NCBI RefSeq assembly: GCF_000179635.2
Contig: NC_014824.1
Location: 30,001 to 62,000 of the forward strand
Reading direction: 5' to 3'
Source of the DNA: Ruminococcus albus 7 = DSM 20455
GTDB taxonomy: Bacteria > Bacillota > Clostridia > Oscillospirales > Ruminococcaceae
DNA: 32,000 nt
Part shown: positions 30,585 through 32,000 of the stretch, piece after piece
How positions within the stretch are numbered: position 1 is the stretch's first letter
Layout: each line of letters starts with the position of its first letter
Translations under genes and position numbers: made by a program
The notes under the pieces: model-generated
Databases searched by the model: none
What the model was told of the DNA's origin: nothing
The model's input: the letters and a program-made list of their open reading frames with translations, nothing else

Positions 30585-32000
30585 TTACTTTATAACTATT
30601 TCAAAAGCTCTGCTGTTGATATTACTTGTATCCCATTCACCGTTAACTTTAGCGCAAAGTACAGCTTTATAAGTGCCGGAAGGGATCTTTTTGGAAGTAT
30701 ATGTGCTGGAATTACCCGGCATATAATCTTGAACTTTCCATTTACCAGATAGAAAAACAGCTATACCGTATTTTTCTGCCCCGTCAACAGGCGACCATTT
30801 CAGCCTGAACTGGTTTCCTGAGACCTCAGAGGTGACTATCGGATATTTAGAAATCTTTGCTTCATTGGGCGTTATTGTAATTGCATTAGAGAAATCCTGT
30901 TTCCACTTTCCGTTTATCATCACGATAACAGCAACCCTGTAATTTGTTCCTGCTTTGAGGTTCCTTAGCGTGTATGAGGTGCCATTACCATCGGCAAGCT
31001 TCTGCCATCTGTTGTTTACATATCCACATACAGCGTACTTTTCAGCTCCTTTATTTTCTGACCATGTGAGCATAACACAACCGTCACCGGGGAGGTATGA
31101 AACCGTAGGTTTTTCATTAACAGGAACTGTATTATCAATATAGACATCATCTACATGATATTCACTTGCATTGCCAACTTTATCATATGCATAGATATGT
31201 GTTCGATAAACACCAAATTCATTATTATGATCGTTTACATTTACACGGTAAGTAACTATATCACCATCTATAGTTCCACTTGCTTTTGAATTTGTTTCCC
31301 ACGAAGGCTGGATATCATCCTGATTATTTTCAATCGTCCATGTAGGAAACTGTACTCTATCAAGACCACTTCCGCCATCATCAGTTACTTTACAAGTTAT
31401 TGTATAACCTGTACAAGAGACATCTGTAACCTTAACGTCAGATATTTTGGGAGGCTCTGTATCAACTTTTTCAAATGACCATTTCTGCGCATTAGTGGTA
31501 TTATATGGGTGCTGCTGAACGTTTGAACTATTTGCTGTTTGCATTCCTGCAAGGTCAACAGAATAACCACTGAGTTTTGATATCAAACGGTAGTATCCTT
31601 CGCCTTCAGCCTGTATTCGCCAAAGCTGACCTCGTTTATTTGATGGATTATATTCCCACAACTGAATATTATTCTTATGTAAAAAAGCAGTCGCATCACT
31701 ATCTTCAACGTCCAAAGATAGATGTGATGATGATTCTATGATTTTGTAATAACCGTCTGCTACATAAGTTATTTCAAATGTATCACTACTGTTTTTGGAG
31801 TTTTGTATTTGTATATTTGAACCATTTTTGTAATTATGGTCGCCATCTGCATCGAGCCATACTCCACAAGCTGATTTTATATAGTACGTTCCGTCGGCTA
31901 TAGGTCTATCATTTGAAATATACGGAATAAAACACCATGACTGAGCCTTGCTGTCGTTAGCTTCATGTGTTTGAATATATCCAGTATCTCCAATTATAGC
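30585..32000 (-). CDS. Secreted multidomain lectin-like protein (ricin-type beta-trefoil, GBS Bsp-like repeat, two FN3-like domains), 5-prime partial
   Basis: I translated upstream of the track's TTG start at 31715. The frame stays open to the window end (...GTYYIKSACGVWLDADGDHNYKNGSNIQIQ...). QxW-type ricin motifs are QLWEY, GQLWRI and AQKWSF. The Bsp-like unit is FPTWTIENNQDDIQPSW...FGVYRTHIYAYDKVGN. Two FN3-like units contain GAEKY. Confidence 0.8.
   Translation of the reverse strand, partial: AIIGDTGYIQTHEANDSKAQSWCFIPYISNDRPIADGTYYIKSACGVWLDADGDHNYKNGSNIQIQNSKNSSDTFEITYVADGYYKIIESSSHLSLDVEDSDATAFLHKNNIQLWEYNPSNKRGQLWRIQAEGEGYYRLISKLSGYSVDLAGMQTANSSNVQQHPYNTTNAQKWSFEKVDTEPPKISDVKVTDVSCTGYTITCKVTDDGGSGLDRVQFPTWTIENNQDDIQPSWETNSKASGTIDGDIVTYRVNVNDHNNEFGVYRTHIYAYDKVGNASEYHVDDVYIDNTVPVNEKPTVSYLPGDGCVMLTWSENKGAEKYAVCGYVNNRWQKLADGNGTSYTLRNLKAGTNYRVAVIVMINGKWKQDFSNAITITPNEAKISKYPIVTSEVSGNQFRLKWSPVDGAEKYGIAVFLSGKWKVQDYMPGNSSTYTSKKIPSGTYKAVLCAKVNGEWDTSNINSRAFEIVIK

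Noticed and set aside
1-32000. Search for CRISPR arrays, tRNA/rRNA genes, integrase/att sites and sortase sorting signals
   Set aside because: I saw no regularly spaced direct repeats, no cloverleaf-like GC-rich 70-90-nt islands, no tyrosine or serine recombinase motifs, and no C-terminal LPXTG / NPxTN plus hydrophobic and basic tail. This is absence by eye only, and tRNAscan or a CRISPR finder could overturn it.

Overview
This is AT-rich, low-GC Firmicutes (Clostridia-like) accessory DNA, and it reads like part of a phage, plasmid or ICE-type element rather than core chromosome. The native backbone covers 1-5969 and about 14440-32000. It is almost entirely + strand and is split into short transcription units. 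Each unit follows a rho-independent terminator and is preceded by a near-identical AAAAATCTGCTATAATAT extended -10 box.

Backbone genes:
- A recombination/nuclease-flavoured set: a possible DUF932-like protein, a possible Rad52/Sak-like protein, a DEDDh exonuclease, and an orphan A24 prepilin-peptidase-like protein. It also includes a Cys-rich protein and an XRE regulator.
- A roughly 10-kb unit encoding a 1707-aa acidic giant with a large internal duplication, a 678-aa hyper-acidic protein and a small membrane protein. A class B sortase with no visible substrate and a membrane-anchored CAP-domain protein complete it.
- A RecJ gene, then an unknown gene whose product has an SSB-like acidic tail, then a Rad50/SbcC-like ATPase. 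No Mre11/SbcD is present.
- A ricin / Bsp-repeat / FN3 lectin gene, partial at the window edge.

A compositionally foreign mosaic of about 8.4 kb (5970 to about 14438) interrupts the backbone. In order it contains:
- a tape-measure C-terminal fragment;
- an AT-rich HEPN-motif (RNQIVH) gene on the opposite strand;
- a truncated distal-tail-protein gene;
- two inverted, diverged IS1182-type end fragments that bracket a lactococcin-972-type bacteriocin / DUF1430 / ABC cluster;
- an apparently intact IS3-family element with an A7 frameshift site.

I found no rRNA, tRNA or CRISPR array. All family assignments come from motifs read by eye. No database search was run.
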